DNA of 63,979 nucleotides, counting the filler, from Squatina squatina (lineage: Eukaryota): assembly GCA_031763465.1 (NCBI GenBank). It is 3 parts of 3 records of this genome, joined end to end, with 100 filler letters (N's around TTAATTAATTAA, not from the genome) between each part and the next. Parts side by side here need not be neighbours in the genome. Positions count along the whole stretch, not along the records: positions 1 to 21,787 come from JARFOE010000222.1; 2 more parts are not named here. One strand, written 5' to 3'. Shown piece after piece: positions 1 to 13,084 of this stretch; within the stretch, counting starts at the first letter, position 1; each line of letters starts with the position of its first letter. The notes beneath the pieces were generated by a model, which was given only the letters and a program-made list of their open reading frames with translations, did not search any database and was not told the DNA's origin. A program made the position numbers and the translations under genes.

Positions 1-1289
1 TTTATTACAGATTTCCAACATCCTCAGTATTTTGCTTTTGAGTTAATATATAGTTGCCAAAGTTAACTAAATCATTTTTTCTCCATTTAAGTAAAAAGGA
101 AAGGGTAGGTTACTGAACTCTGGCAAAATGTCGCAACTATTTTTCAGCATCTTTGTGGTGAATGGTTTCTGTGTTCCTGTCACCCCAGAAAATTGGCTGA
201 AAGTCCATAAAGTGCAATAGGGTCTTTCTGTCCCTCTATGCGTCACTATGGCATAATATATCAATTCTCTCCCAGTTAATTCAAATGTCACCACCCTGCT
301 GTACTAGAAGGTGGAAAAGGCAATGTGAATTTTCTGCTGTTCTAAATTCATCATCGAATGTAACGTGGTGAAGCAAAAAATAAATTAAAGTTGCACTATA
401 ATGCATTTGGATTAAGCTTGTAGGTGGAAATGCTTGTAATTGTGCATTGAATGACTTTATCATAAAGATCATGGAACAAGGGACTTTCACAATGTAATGT
501 ACGGGGGTGTTCCATCTGAAGGAGGCTGTTAAAAGTTTTTTTCCAAAATAAGGCAAGCTTAAGTAACTAATGAATACACTGACAGCACAGCTGTACTGAA
601 GGAGGCAGGGATTAATGGTAGCTCGGCAGCTGTGCGTTAAGGGTTGAATGAGAGTTGAAGTAAATCAGTTCGGAATGAACTTGATATGTCAAATAATCAA
701 TTAAAATTTGGCAGCTGGCCATAACATTCAATAGGGCAACAGTCCAGAAGCTGCGTTTTGTGGAGAGTGCAGTAATATGCTGCCCCTCAGTAAACTCAGT
801 ATTGTTGGATAGCAAAGACAGTAGCATGGAAACATTCAACTCTGTATTCTTTTTCTTTATTGTAAATTAGTATGAACTCTGCCTAAAACATGCTTAAAAG
901 AATATGCCCATTAACAACAATAAAATAAATTAAAGTTTGTTTGGAATGTGACAGCACAGTAATGTCATTCAGTGTGACCTCACTATGTTATGAAGGAGTC
1001 ACTGGACATTGGGAAGGTTTCAGTAGTTTGGAACTTGGCTAAGTTGCTGTCCATTCTGAATATGAATTCACAAAAGAGATACTGATGACTACAGTGTAGT
1101 AAGACTGGTTGCCAACTGGTAGGAAGCATTCCTGGAGNNNNNNNNNNNNNNNNNNNNNNNNNNNNNNNNNNNNNNNNNNNNNNNNNNNNNNNNNNNNNNN
1201 NNNNNNNNNNNNNNNNNNNNNNNNNNNNNNNNNNNNNAGGGGAAAAAGATCTACCAATTTTGATTTAACCATATGTAGAAAATCCTGCA

Positions 1290-1335
1290 CAGGCATGATG
1301 GGCCAAATGGCCTCCTTCTGTGCTGTAAGAATCTA
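1290..1335 (+). mobile_element. CR1-type LINE/SINE 3' tail fragment
   Basis: atgatgggccaaatggcctccttctgtgctgtaagaatct, a typical CR1 3' stem-loop tail. Confidence 0.65.
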
Positions 1336-3639
1336 AGCACTTTTGTGATTAGCAAGGAGTGGCACGTATGACACCTGTGAGATACAGTGCAAAAATTCTG
1401 ACATCCAGACTGATTGAGAATATGGATGGGAATTCTGAGTGTACTTGGACAACCTAATCAGAGGCTTCTGGTGGACAAGCCAATGACGGAAATGTCTGCA
1501 ATTTTTTGAGACCACCAAAGTACTTCCAACTGCCAGGAGAAGAGGGGGCCTAGTGGTTGAATGCAATCTGAAGAAACTGGCAGGGTACCCGGAAAAGAAT
1601 TAATGGCATTGAGTGGGTTGCCAAATAAACAATTGTATTTAATCACTGAGCTGGAGGTGCAACTGGAGCAGGATCAAAGACTCTTACATTTTTGAGTGCA
1701 GTTAAGGAGCAAGTCCTGCAATATGTGTTCTCTCGGGCACAGTGGAGTGTGGGAAAATAGTGTAACAAACTCTGGTAAGTGTCTCATTTTTCATTTTGTG
1801 GAATAATGTTACTTTTTCAAATTCAATAGATACAGAACTTACAAGTATGTGCTATTTGGTATAAATGGCGACACAATGTTTATCAATATTCTGTTCATCT
1901 GTGAAGGATACAAAAATTACAGAAGTGGAATGATGTCCTCCTAACATAGTTATTTTCTTCGATTTAGAGAGACATCTGAACCTTCTGGTTGAGCCACAAG
2001 TCACTTAATTGTAAGCAGCAAGTGTACCACTAACTCGAATTACAAGAACCACATTCATCGTCAACACTGGTCAACTTCCCTTCACACAAGCTCAGAGGAA
2101 TCAGCAAAACCAACTGATACAATCAATCCGGAGATAGCTACCCTCTGAGTAGGAAAATATCAGTTCAGCTTTCAGGGCAAGAGTATGACTGCAGCTACAC
2201 TATTTGCTGTGTGATAGAACACTTCAAGTTCAATGTGTCAAAAAATTTTGAAGGACCATGCTTTGAGTTGTATGGGGTGCTGGGCTCCAGTATCATTCAA
2301 ACATCGTAGTGTCTGTTGCAGATTACTTTGGTGACTTATGGTTGGAGCAACATGATATCAGCTTGGAGGGAGAGGGGGTTTGCACATTTCAGAGCAGGAT
2401 TGCAGCCACCTAATAAGGGAAAGTTTACCAAAGCCAAGGGAGGCCAGTCAGACGAGCTTCAGTACGCTTGTTGGTCAGNNNNNNNNNNNNNNNNNNNNNN
2501 NNNNNNNNNNNNNNNNNNNNNNNNNNNNNNNNNNNNNNNNNNNNNNNNNNNNNNNNNNNNNNNNNNNNNNNNNNNNNNATTTGACTGTGCATGTACCTGC
2601 TCTATGCACTTTGCCTCCTTCATGCAACTGTACTGAGACTGAGGGATTGTGTCAACAGCCCTTGACCTGATTGCACTGCGCCACCCAATTGCCAGTAGAA
2701 CAATTTTTAAATGTATTCCTGAGAAAATCTTATTGCAGCCTACGCAGTGGAGGGATCGATACTAAGTGGCTTTGAAGCTGAGAGCTTAGTTTAATTCCCT
2801 TGTTCTGGATTTAGGATGTAAAATAATGCGTTGTTTTCTTATAATTTGTTTCAATTGGTAGTTCATAAAACACGAAAAGGAATCCGAAAGAAAAAGTCTT
2901 TGCTTTTGGTTAATGGACTTTTGCCTTCCTGGGGGTATTCCTATTTCCCTTTTAAAATTACAGATGATTCAAGATTGATCGTGATACAAGTACATTTTTA
3001 CATTGGGTCTAAAATTCAAATTTATCTCACTGATTCCCTATGTGTGTGTGGTAAACCAGTGGATTGCTGTGTTCTGCATTTATGTAACTAATTATAAGAA
3101 TCATAGTAAAGCAGCAATCATTACAGAATGAGTTACCATGTTTAATGTAACTGAGAGTGAAAGGTGGTTGGATTCATTCTTTCAATTGGGTGCCTGTGTT
3201 CAGTTCCCACGTGCAGTGCACACACCAGTAATTGGAACTTGGCTGTCTCTCTCTGGAGAGATTGCATTTATTTAACTTTTAATCATTAGAATTACTCAGC
3301 TGTAAAAACAAAGAATGTAAGACTAAAACTAAGATGACTCCAGATCATGGGTCANNNNNNNNNNNNNNNNNNNNNNNNNNNNNNNNNNNNNNNNNNNNNN
3401 NNNNNNNNNNNNNNNNNNNNNNNNNNNNNNNNNNNNNNNNNNNNNNNNNNNNNNCTTGTGTAAGACCAGTTCTCAGGTGCCTCCATGTGAGGCTAAAAAA
3501 CCAAGGTCCGTCAATCTGATGTTCGGTTGTACTGTACTCCCTCTCGCTTGCCTCCCCCTCCCTCCCAGACAACAAGATAAAGTTTGCCGGTCACTTTTTT
3601 ATGGAAGATAATGCGAATGACTTGTATAGATTTTTTTAA

Positions 3640-3870
3640 AAACTTGCATTTATATTGTGGCCCTCATCTTGAAAAGACTTTCCAGAGCACTTTTCAGATC
3701 AGAGACTGAGCGAGCAGGTGGGTAAAGAATAAATCAAATGTATTCAAGGGGTAGGCCAAAAGAGTGATTGAGAAGACAAGGCTTTTGTAGGGATTTGAAT
3801 GCATGGGAAGATTTTGGAGAGAATTGTACAAGGCAGAGGTGTGGTGGCTGAAAAAGCAGCCCCCAATGGC
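3640..3870 (-). mobile_element. Degraded L2 LINE 3' end
   Basis: Reverse complement of the atataaatgcaagt tail plus a decayed ORF2 end (PLGAAFSA..., resembling IGGRAFS). Confidence 0.5.
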
Positions 3871-3930
3871 ATGGAAACCGCCATTTGATTACAAGACAGA
3901 AAATGAACCCATTTTTTCTCTTTACTGCAG

Positions 3931-4199
3931 GACAAAATCATCTAATGAAGAAAAGACTTCTGAAGATGCGCAATGCCAGCAGTATTAGGGAGCACCTTGG
4001 TATCTTACAGAGCGCGATTAGATCGAATGTTCCTCCAACCAAAGAGTCCGAACTGGGCAATGAAACGCAGCAGCATACAAGAAAAAAACGTTTTTTGTCA
4101 TATCCAAGATTTGTGGAGGTCATGGTCACTGCTGACAGCAGAATGGTGTATCATCACAGGAGGAATTTGCAGCACTACATTTTAACACTTATGTCAATA
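3931..4199 (+). CDS. ADAMTS20: ADAMTS20 exon: end of prodomain, furin site, start of metalloprotease domain
   Basis: Acceptor ttttttctctttactgcag| and donor |gtaagt. Translates ...[46 protein letters not shown], the ADAMTS9/20-type furin site and catalytic N-terminus. Confidence 0.92.
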
Positions 4200-5534
4200 G
4201 TAAGTAAGCATCAACAAATGGTGGTGTGTGTTTGCGTAAGTGCGACCGAAACAACACAAGTGGAACGAGGCAATTTATATCCCTGTTTGGTTCACAGAAG
4301 CTGTTACCCCTTACCCTAGTCTCCCCCACCCCCCCCCCCCCCCCCCCCANNNNNNNNNNNNNNNNNNNNNNNNNNNNNNNNNNNNNNNNNNNNNNNNNNN
4401 NNNNNNNNNNNNNNNNNNNNNNNNNNNNNNNNNNNNNNNNNNNNNNNNNGTTCTCTCGTTCACTGAAGTTGAAGAAGTGTTGGAAAGCTCTTCTTGGTGC
4501 AGGTATTCATTATTGGAATGTCCCTCCTGCAGCGTATTTGATCATTTTAGTGACAAGAGCACTGTTGGAGGCAACCCTGACGTGTAATTCACCCAGCGGG
4601 GCTTTCGCTCTCTGTTTCTCAGTGAGAATGCCGGCTACAAAGCTAAGTATGTCCTGTTGGTGGCATAGGTTGAGTTTGCTATCTTGGGACTGGCGTTACA
4701 GGCAGGATGGCAGTTTGGTTGGTTGGTCAATACATACCTTCTATCAATATCAGGGAAGGTCCCAGTCAGTCAACTTTGAACTGACAGCGCGCAGACAGCA
4801 TGGGAACATATGCACTTGCTTTGAAGTCACATTCGTGACTACTAACGACTGTGAACATATAGATCTTATGCTTGTGGAATATGCTGAATCCTCCCAAAAT
4901 TATAAATTAAAATTGTATCAGGAATGCAAGGCTGTCAGTGATGCCCAGCACAGCAGCATCTGTCTTCACGTTTTATTGATTCATAAAATAAATCACTGTT
5001 TACTTGTTGGAGATTATGTGGATCTGTCGTCACTCCTGTCCCCCACCCCACACACTCCCATTTTTTCTTGAGGAATGTTTACGTTTTTAATTAGTTTGTC
5101 TTGAGCTCTGCACTCAGCATGTTACTCACCTCTGAATCTGTATAAATTATACATGATTTGTTGAAAAGCCAGTTCTAATTGGAAAACGCTTGTGTGAATT
5201 ACTAACATTTTTGTTTTTGTAGTGGCAGGTGCATAGCAACATGTTAACCCATTGGACACTAGTNNNNNNNNNNNNNNNNNNNNNNNNNNNNNNNNNNNNN
5301 NNNNNNNNNNNNNNNNNNNNNNNNNNNNNNNNNNNNNNNNNNNNNNNNNNNNNNNNNNNNNNNACGCCACTGTCAGTATGAAATACTGACGTTTGGCATG
5401 AATGCTGGTTGTACTGAATTTTTTTCCTTCAAAAATGCTCTCCGTTTTAAATTGCTGCTGAGATTGAAAAATCTGTAGGCAAAAACAAAATCCAATTCCA
5501 CATTATTAATGTCTTTTATTCTTCACCTATTCAG

Positions 5535-5659
5535 GAAGGACCGTCCATCAGTTTTAATGCAGCTACAACTCTTCATAACTTCTGTGTGTGGCAGCAGACA
5601 CAGAACACGCTGGATGACGCTGACCCATCTCATCATGACACTGCAGTCCTCATCACTAG
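5535..5659 (+). CDS. ADAMTS20: ADAMTS20 exon, metalloprotease domain
   Basis: cctattcag|GAA...ACTAG|gtaact, 125 bp. EGPSISFNAATTLHNFCVWQQTQNTLDDADPSHHDTAVLITR. The WQQTQN-x-LDD-xx-PSHHDTAVLITR segment is ADAMTS20-like rather than ADAMTS9-like. Not in the ORF track. Confidence 0.92.
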
Positions 5660-6220
5660 GTAACTGTTGCATGAACACCTGGGCTTGCAGAACACTCATT
5701 CTCAACATCTGTGGCCTGATTCTAGTTTGTTCCATTGAATTCTTTATTTCGTGATTTCTAAGATAAATATGCCGCCATCTATTTGCTACAAATAAAGTGC
5801 TGATTACTAGCAAAATAGAACAAAACAAAACAGGAAAAGGTACTCCACTGTCCTGTGCTGGATAGGTTTTGTGTTTGGAACTCGCAGTCAGCACTGTTTA
5901 ACTCACAAACTGGGTGCTGTTGTAAAACAAAGGTGTAATACATTGTTTGCAACCATCAGTTCAGGGCATCTGATCAGAATCAGCAACGGGTTAAGAAGAA
6001 AGTTCTGGACAGTTGTCGATTTGATTGAAAGCAAACTTTGCTGCTCCTATAATCATCACTGACGCTTCCAACCGCTAATGACAAGAGTCCAGATTAACTT
6101 GACATCATGCTGACATAATCAGTTTAAANNNNNNNNNNNTGGATGCACTGAATTCCAAATTTGAACAACACTGACAAGAGGGGGAAGAGATCTTTCTTCG
6201 CCTGTCTGTGACTTGGATAC

Positions 6221-6305
6221 ATACATAAGAACATAAGAACTAAGAGCAGGAGTAGGCCATTCGGCCCCTCGAGCCTGCTCCGCCATTCAATAAGATCATG
6301 GCTGA
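6221..6305 (-). mobile_element. CR1 LINE 3' terminal fragment
   Basis: (acataaga)n microsatellite tail followed by gagcaggagtaggccattcggcccctcgagcctgctccgccattcaataagatcatggctga. Confidence 0.8.
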
Positions 6306-6490
6306 ATACCCACTGAGCCTCAGGGTCCAGAACCTGCCCAGTCCAGTTTACTTCTAGTTCCTAATAATATTTGAGTAACGTTTTACCCCCTAACCACCTC
6401 CTACCCCGGCTTTAATTTCCTCTGTCAGTACTGATCAGAATTTCATTCTTTATTAAAAATTCTTATCTAGTTTAATTTGTTTGATTTTAG

Positions 6491-6531
6491 GGAAGACATT
6501 TGTAGAGCTAGAAACAAGTGTGATACTTTGG
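6491..6531 (+). CDS. ADAMTS20: ADAMTS20 41-bp exon, metalloprotease domain
   Basis: ttgattttag|G GAA GAC ATT TGT...TTG G|gtaagt. (R)EDICRARNKCDTL(G). Phases 2 and 1 match both neighbouring exons. Confidence 0.92.
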
Positions 6532-7603
6532 GTAAGTGAAACACACCAACTTTCACAGTTAACCATGCAGAGTGGGCTTACTGTACAAGATTCATGCTAA
6601 TAAAACTGGAGTGAAGTAATTCCTTAGAATGTAATGAGATTCAAATTGCCTTTTATTGTTTCAGCATAAAAATAATGATTTGATCTTGCTTGTTCAGTCC
6701 TGTTAAATATACACAAAAATGCAGTTCTGATGAAAGGTTTGGATGTTTCACAGAGTTGCTCAACTGAACAATTATCCAAAATATAGAGGCTATAACTGGA
6801 GTTTTTTTTTTGAATGCAATGCCCTCAGTCTATTTTGTCATAATGGTTTTAACAATATGCCTGAAAATTCCATGATTGCAATATATAGTTTCCATGAAGA
6901 TTTTGGTATCACTGTTTCAAATAAATTGCACTTTTGTTTGACGTTTTTACGGAAGTCTTCCTCTCGATCGCACTCTCGGCCATTTTTTCTTTCTGTGCCT
7001 CTCAATCTTTTTCTGCACCTCTTTCTCATTTTCTCTTCATTTGGCTTTTTTCTGTTCCTCCCTTTCTCTGCCTTTTTACTGTTTCTATTTCCATGACTTT
7101 CTGTCTCAATGTCTTTGCTTCTCTTTTTGTTCTCTCTTTGCCAGTGGAATCGTTGTTCTCTAAATGAAATCTGGCGAGGCGAGATCAGGCTCATAATGGA
7201 GAATTATACAATCTTTTTTCACAAGGCCGGGTGTCCAAAAATGCTTTTCAAACACTCAAAAGTGATATTGCAAAATCTACTCCTCTTAATTCAAAGTCAC
7301 TTAATTGGAATTATGTGTTAATTTGATTTCCCCCTCCCCCATGCTAGTCTGTTAATCAAGTTTCTGGATAATTCAATAATTTTGTGAGCGAAAAGAGACG
7401 ACTTTGAATTAACGGGATTAGATTGTATGCAATCAGAACGGGTATCTCTGGCTGGAAGTTTGAGGAGGACGGGGGGGTGGGGACGGGGGTGGGGCGGGCG
7501 GGTNNNNNNNNNNNNNNNNNNNNNNNNNNNNNNNNNNNNNNNNNNNNNNNNNNNNNNNNNNNNNNNNNNNNNNNNNNNNNNNNNNNNNNNNNNNNNNNNN
7601 NNN

Positions 7604-7656
7604 GGCTCAAAGGGCCGAATGGCCTACTCCTGCTCCTATCTTCTATGTTTCTATGA
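7604..7656 (+). mobile_element. CR1 LINE 3' terminal fragment (5' part in gap)
   Basis: ggctcaaagggccgaatggcctactcctgctcctatcttctatgtttctatga, same family as 6221-6305 in the opposite orientation. Confidence 0.8.
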
Positions 7657-8267
7657 CCCAACAGGGCCAGTGTAACCATGTAGAAACATACTGCTTTCGG
7701 TTGCTCACTGAGTGGCACTGATGGCAAGAAGTAATGCGTAAAACTAATTAGCTAATAAGCAGTGACCTCTTAAAAAGAATGGCATTATATACATTTTGAT
7801 ATGTCAGATGACAAAAGTCAAAATATTTCAATCTGTGATGACATGAGACCTGTAACTTTGTTCTGACCATCGCTGGACTGATCTACAATCAAACCTATTG
7901 TGCTGTGCAGGATAAGGCGATGTGCTACTTATTACAAGGAGGAATCCTTTAGAAGGAAAACCATTCTTAGTCATATTTAAGCATGTTCTAGCAACCTTTT
8001 TGGAATGGCATTGGTTTAAAGTTATTTGTGCCACCCTTTCAGCCAGGTGTGGCATGTGATAGAGGGGAGGGTGAAGTTGAAAAGTGACTTATTTATTACT
8101 TTTAGATTGGTTATTTCTTGGAAGTGGCAGAATGTATCTGAAGTCTGGCAACTCTAACTGCCCCTTTTAAAGGGCAATGTTTAGTTGCACATCTGTACCC
8201 GAAATATTGCAGTAAAGCTCTGGTTGGCTGTTATTGACTTTAAACCGTGTATTCCCATTCTTTTCAG

Positions 8268-8373
8268 GATTAGCAGAGCTTGGTACAATGTGCGATCCAT
8301 ATCGCAGCTGCTCCATTAGTGAAGAGAATGGTCTAAGTGCTGCTTTTACTATAGCGCATGAACTTGGGCATGT
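8268..8373 (+). CDS. ADAMTS20: ADAMTS20 exon, first half of the zinc-binding motif
   Basis: ttcttttcag|GA TTA GCA...CAT GT|gtaagt, 106 bp. (G)[34 protein letters not shown](V). Confidence 0.95.
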
Positions 8374-9300
8374 GTAAGTATTTTTGTTGTATATAGTGCT
8401 GTTTCTCAGTAAGAAAAGTGTGCTGTTCTGATAATGGAGATTTGCAAACTGGAGTTTTGCAACTGAATGTGATCTGGGCTGTTGTCTGACATAATATGAT
8501 ATTATGCTTTGCCGAATTACATTTTCTCGGCCTATTTTACTGTTGAGCCCTATTTTTATTTTGTTCCTTTACTTTGCACATACACCTGTCAAATTACAGG
8601 CCTGTTCTTTCCTATTTAACTTGGAGCTTCTCTGTTATTTTTTTCTCTTTACCCTTAGATGTAATGTGGTAATTATATGGCTTTGAACTGGTTCAACGAG
8701 AAAATTGGGCATTGATTAAAGAACTTAGCATATAGAATTCAACACTTTAACCTTTACTGTTTTAGAATTTGCCTCATTTATTAAATAAACTACTTATCAG
8801 AAAGTTGCTTTATCAAGCATGGAGATGGAGCAATATACAACTTTGGAATAACTCAATAAAATTACTGGTTAACAACAAATTGAACTATTAATTGGGAAGG
8901 AGAATTGCCTATATATTATCCCCAGATATTTCAGATTTATTCATGGAATGGAAATCTTAACTGAAGGTCACTCGGGTTTTATTGTAATTACTATTTCCTC
9001 TGATTCGCCATCCCTCAGCAAAGAGGTTGGGCAGCCAACCTGTTCTCACACCCCTGCCAGTTTTGTTGTATAATTGCCCTCTCGGAGGCACATGAACAAC
9101 GCAGTGTGGCTTGCTTCCTGTTCTTTATCCTCTTTCGTCCCTTGTTCACAATGGGGAGAATGGCTCCCTTCTACTCAGTACCTCCCTTTGGTGTGAGTAA
9201 AGCTGTAGTTACACTCATGTGACTGGAGCTGTAGTCCCGAGCCTTGTCCCTGCTTTGCCCATTGCACTGTACTTCCACACTTTAAATCAAAAAGGAGCCT

Positions 9301-9943
9301 AGGAACAGAAGTAGGCCATTTAGCCCCTCGAGCCTGTTCTGCCATTCATTGAAATCATGGCTGATCGGTATCCTAACCCCATCCACCTGCCTTGGCGTCC
9401 TATCTCCTCATAATCTAACCCTTGAAGCCCTAGTAACATTCTGGTGAATCTGCGCTGCTCTCCTTCCAAGGCCAATATATCCTTCCTCGGGTGCAGTGCC
9501 TGGAACTGTACACGGTGCTCCAGATGTGGTCCAACCAGGGCTTTGTACAGCTGTAGCAAAACTTCCTCACTTTAGTTATAGAGACTAACATTCCATTAGT
9601 CTTTTTGATTAATTTTTGCACCTATCTACTAAATTTTAGTGATCTGTGTACATGGACCCCTCAATCTCTTTGGATCGCCACTGCTCCTAGCTTTTCATCA
9701 TTTAAAAATACTCGGATCTATCCTTTTATGGTCCAAGATGGATGATGTCACACTTACCTGCGTTGAAATCCATCTGCCACAGATTTGCCAACTTACTTAA
9801 TCTATCGATGTCTCTTTGTAATTTTATGTTCTGATCTACACTGCTTACTCTGCCACCAATCTTTGTGTCATTGGCAAACTTCAATATATGGCTCTCTATC
9901 GTGTTATCTAAGTCATTAATAAATATAGTGAATATTTTAGGCC
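9301..9943 (-). mobile_element. CR1 LINE fragment: RT C-terminal half to 3' tail, internally deleted
   Basis: FTIFINDLD...LKFANDTKIGG...LQRDIDRL...WQMDFNAGKC (RT FADDTK motif decayed), LYKALVGPHLEH...QRRFTRM, and the CR1 tail at 9301-9365. Confidence 0.9.
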
Positions 9944-10618
9944 NNNNNNNNNNNNNNNNNNNNNNNNNNNNNNNNNNNNNNNNNNNNNNNNNNNNNNNNN
10001 NNNNNNNNNNNNNNNNNNNNNNNNNNNNNNNNNNNNNNNNNNNCACGTTGACTCCGTTGGTAAGCGCTCTTGCTCTGAATCAGAGCTCAGAATTTACAGC
10101 AATTAGACTTTATAAATTTGCCTTGGCCGGTGGTGTGAAACAGGTGGTTTATCATTGGCCACCCGCTATATGCCACGCCAATAATAAGTTCGATTGGCTT
10201 CAGTGGAGCTGAATGTCGGGAGGAGCGTATAACAGGCGTCCTTTGTGATACTGCCCCTTTTACCCTATCGCTCCTGATGACTTTCTACCCCTGTGGCTTT
10301 ATAGGGATGAAACAACATAAGTACAGCTGCACCAGAATAAAAAAAATCATCCATTTCATGCTCCTGTCCTTGTAAAGCACTGTATCATCTGACTGACTCG
10401 TAGCAAGTTCACATCTCTAATAATATTTGAATATTACTTCTATTGCTCTGCCTTTAAGTCATTAAATGAACTGTGTTAAACTATTGCAAGTAAATTCTTT
10501 GTGCCTTTCCTCCTCTGCCCACACTTTTTTGGTATGTGTTAATCATTGTTCCAACTGTTACAAAACATAAATTGTTAAAATGTATTTGACATCCAGTAAA
10601 CCACCATTTAATTTTTAG

Positions 10619-10765
10619 GTTCAACATGCCTCATGATGATAGCTTCAAATGCAAAGAGGCCGGAGTGAAACACCAGTACCATGTTATGGCTCCAACATTG
10701 AACTACCACACCAGCCCATGGACCTGGTCAAAGTGCAGCCGCAAATATATCACCGAGTTTCTGGA
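10619..10765 (+). CDS. ADAMTS20: ADAMTS20 exon, third zinc ligand and Met-turn
   Basis: atttttag|G TTC AAC ATG...CTG GA|gtacgt, 147 bp. [48 protein letters not shown]. Completes [22 protein letters not shown][21 protein letters not shown] is the ADAMTS20 signature as I recall it. Confidence 0.95.
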
Positions 10766-11769
10766 GTACGTTTGTTTCAGTTACTCTCTACAATTTAATA
10801 TTCCTGTGCACGTGTAATTATATATACCACATGAGGTAATGTTTGAGATAGACCTGGGCGAGTACAACTTATTTAACCGTTTGCAGTCAGCAAAATCTGT
10901 CAAGTGCCTCTGAAGTTGTCACGCATATTTACCAGCGATGGCTTTTATCTTGACAAAATGATCTCTGTTCCTTTGCGTATTTTTCCTGAGAAAGAGGTAT
11001 CGTAGGCAACCGCAGCCGTGGATTTTGGTTGCTATGAAGCCGAGTGGTGACCACCAGCCTCCCTAAAAAAGCCTCTTTTCAAGATGGGAAATGTCATTTA
11101 TAATTAGATTTTCCCCAGACATGACCCTTTGATCTTTTCCCCCTGGGCTCTGTTGATTGTGAACCTTTTATAAAAGCTGCCCTTGTTGATAAGTAAAACT
11201 TAGCATCACTTCATTCCTTAGTAGATCGATGCTAAGTTCCTTTGAAACACTTTGGTCATTGAAGAACTGAGTAACAATTAAAAGTACAACAAAATGGCAT
11301 GGAAAAATAAAACATTGAGGGCTGTCGATAAAATGACTGTCTTTCTTCTCTGCTTTTCTCCAAATTATAGGAGGGCAATACACTGACTGTAGTCGAGAGG
11401 GGGAAGGAGGTGGGGGTGCGGTGACCTGTTGCCAGGCTTCCAACAATGTTATTGTGAAGTGACTGCAAGGTTGTGCATGATGTTAGCCCAGGGATGAATG
11501 TTCTTTGATGTTGTATATCCCCCTTTCTCCCTGTGGAGAATAAGATAACTTCCAATCATCACTTTCTCAATGTGGTACAGCTGAGTTCAGGAACTCTGAG
11601 GTGCCTGGCATTGAATCTGTATCTCACTGCTGCAGTGGTGTCACAGGTATGATCCATATTGTACCATCGCGCTGCCCATCCTCCATGTTTTTTAAAATCC
11701 TATCTTTTTACCTGCTACATTTTCCAAGTTTTAAAAAAAACATGGTGTTCTTGCATCTGCCAATTTTCT

Positions 11770-12155
11770 CTCCACTCCTCACCTGAAGATGCTGAATCGT
11801 GCTGGGGTATCGTACACGAGTACCGTGTTCTTTCTGCTACCTTGGTCAAGTGTCCAATTTTCACGTGTGTCAGTGTCGACGGTCTGTTTGATCGTGAGGC
11901 GCAACATACCTGAACTCGATTTTTGTTCACCCTTGACATCCGCACACACGCTCTTTACAGCATAGGTAACTGGATCAAATGTGGGAACCTACATTGAATT
12001 TCCCCTCCCCCAGCTCAGGGACATTAAGGCAAGTTGTTGCACCCCAACTGGCTGAGATCAACTGACTCAGCAGAGCAGTTAAACTAGGGACCTTCTGTTT
12101 CATATGGCTTAATGCTACACTAAGCTCTGCCTTTACCTTCTGGGCAATTGGGGAT
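11770..12155 (-). mobile_element. Old, probably tRNA-derived SINE
   Basis: Reverse-complement end has a decayed A-box/B-box-like head (gcccagaaggtaaaggca...gtccctagtttaact...gttgatctcagccag). Family not assigned. Confidence 0.4.
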
Positions 12156-13084
12156 TGTTTTTCCAGATGTTTCCTTATTAACTCTAACTTTCCTTGCTGC
12201 ATGTAAAGAAGGATCAGAATACCATGCAGGGAAATGGATCAAAATGTGAGCTAATAAAATCATTGTGGATAACATACCAAGAGAAACGATGCATATTCTG
12301 CAAAAGAAGGGGCTTTAAAACAATTTACATTTTTTTATTTTTGTATCTTCACACTCTTCCCGGAGAACAGTGTGAAGTAGTGGAAGGATTCGCAGGCTGA
12401 TTAACAGTCTGACAGGATGCGAACACTCCTTCCATGCACATCTTTATACCAGCCGATAGAGTGGTTAGTCCTGTACAACAGGAGGGTGAGTGGGGCCTGG
12501 GGGGGAGAGGGGGTCACCCACTGGACATGGGAATCCCACTCAATGTTAACCCAGAATTCAGTCTCCATTCACCAGGACTGTCTGGAACACCATTTGAACC
12601 CTATACCTTCTGATTGGGCGGTGGGAATACTACCATTAAGCCAATGGTTTGCTTGTGGGGAGGAATGAGGCCATTGTAAGGATATTATCCTGTAATATGC
12701 TTTTAAGAAAAATTGTTTACTTTGTAATGAAAATTGTTAGAGCAAAAATGAAGAATGAGGAAGTAAGAGAATTTTTAAGAACTGTAATTATTCATTTTTG
12801 CAGGCTTTGTGATTTCACAGTGGTCCAGCAAGGTTAGACCCAGGTTTAACATGGGACCAAGTTGAGAGAGGAACAAAGGTACAGGCATGAGTTGTACTGT
12901 TCTCTCCTCTCCAGTCAAAGAAGCAGAATTCTGGGTCTATTTAAATAAAATTGTTCTCGGGTTGTGGGTGAAGCTGGCAAAGGCGTATCTTTATTGCCCA
13001 TCCCTAGATGGCCAGAGATGGGTCTTTTCCTTCATCTGCTGCTTTGTGCTTACCCAGATGTTACAAAGAAAGCTGTTAGCAAAA

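Noticed and set aside
1702-1780. Candidate ADAMTS20 prodomain exon ending ...ACTCTG|gtaagt
   Set aside because: The donor is good but the acceptor is weak, and the peptide (LRSKSCNMCSLGHSGVWENSVTNS) shows no ADAMTS similarity.
4226-5071. 281-aa ORF inside ADAMTS20
   Set aside because: It spans a poly-C run and a 100-N gap, is intronic, and has no recognisable domain.
6743-7194. Lys/Arg/Glu-rich and Phe/Leu-rich ORFs
   Set aside because: They come from a low-complexity polypyrimidine tract.
7468-7503. G-quadruplex-like G runs (also poly-C at 4322-4349)
   Set aside because: These are short simple tracts at contig ends that probably caused the assembly breaks, with no evidence of function.
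10761-10817. Apparent EFLE variant and C-terminal extension in ORF 10626..10817
   Set aside because: Intron read-through. The codon is split GA|N at the donor and is probably the conserved Asp.
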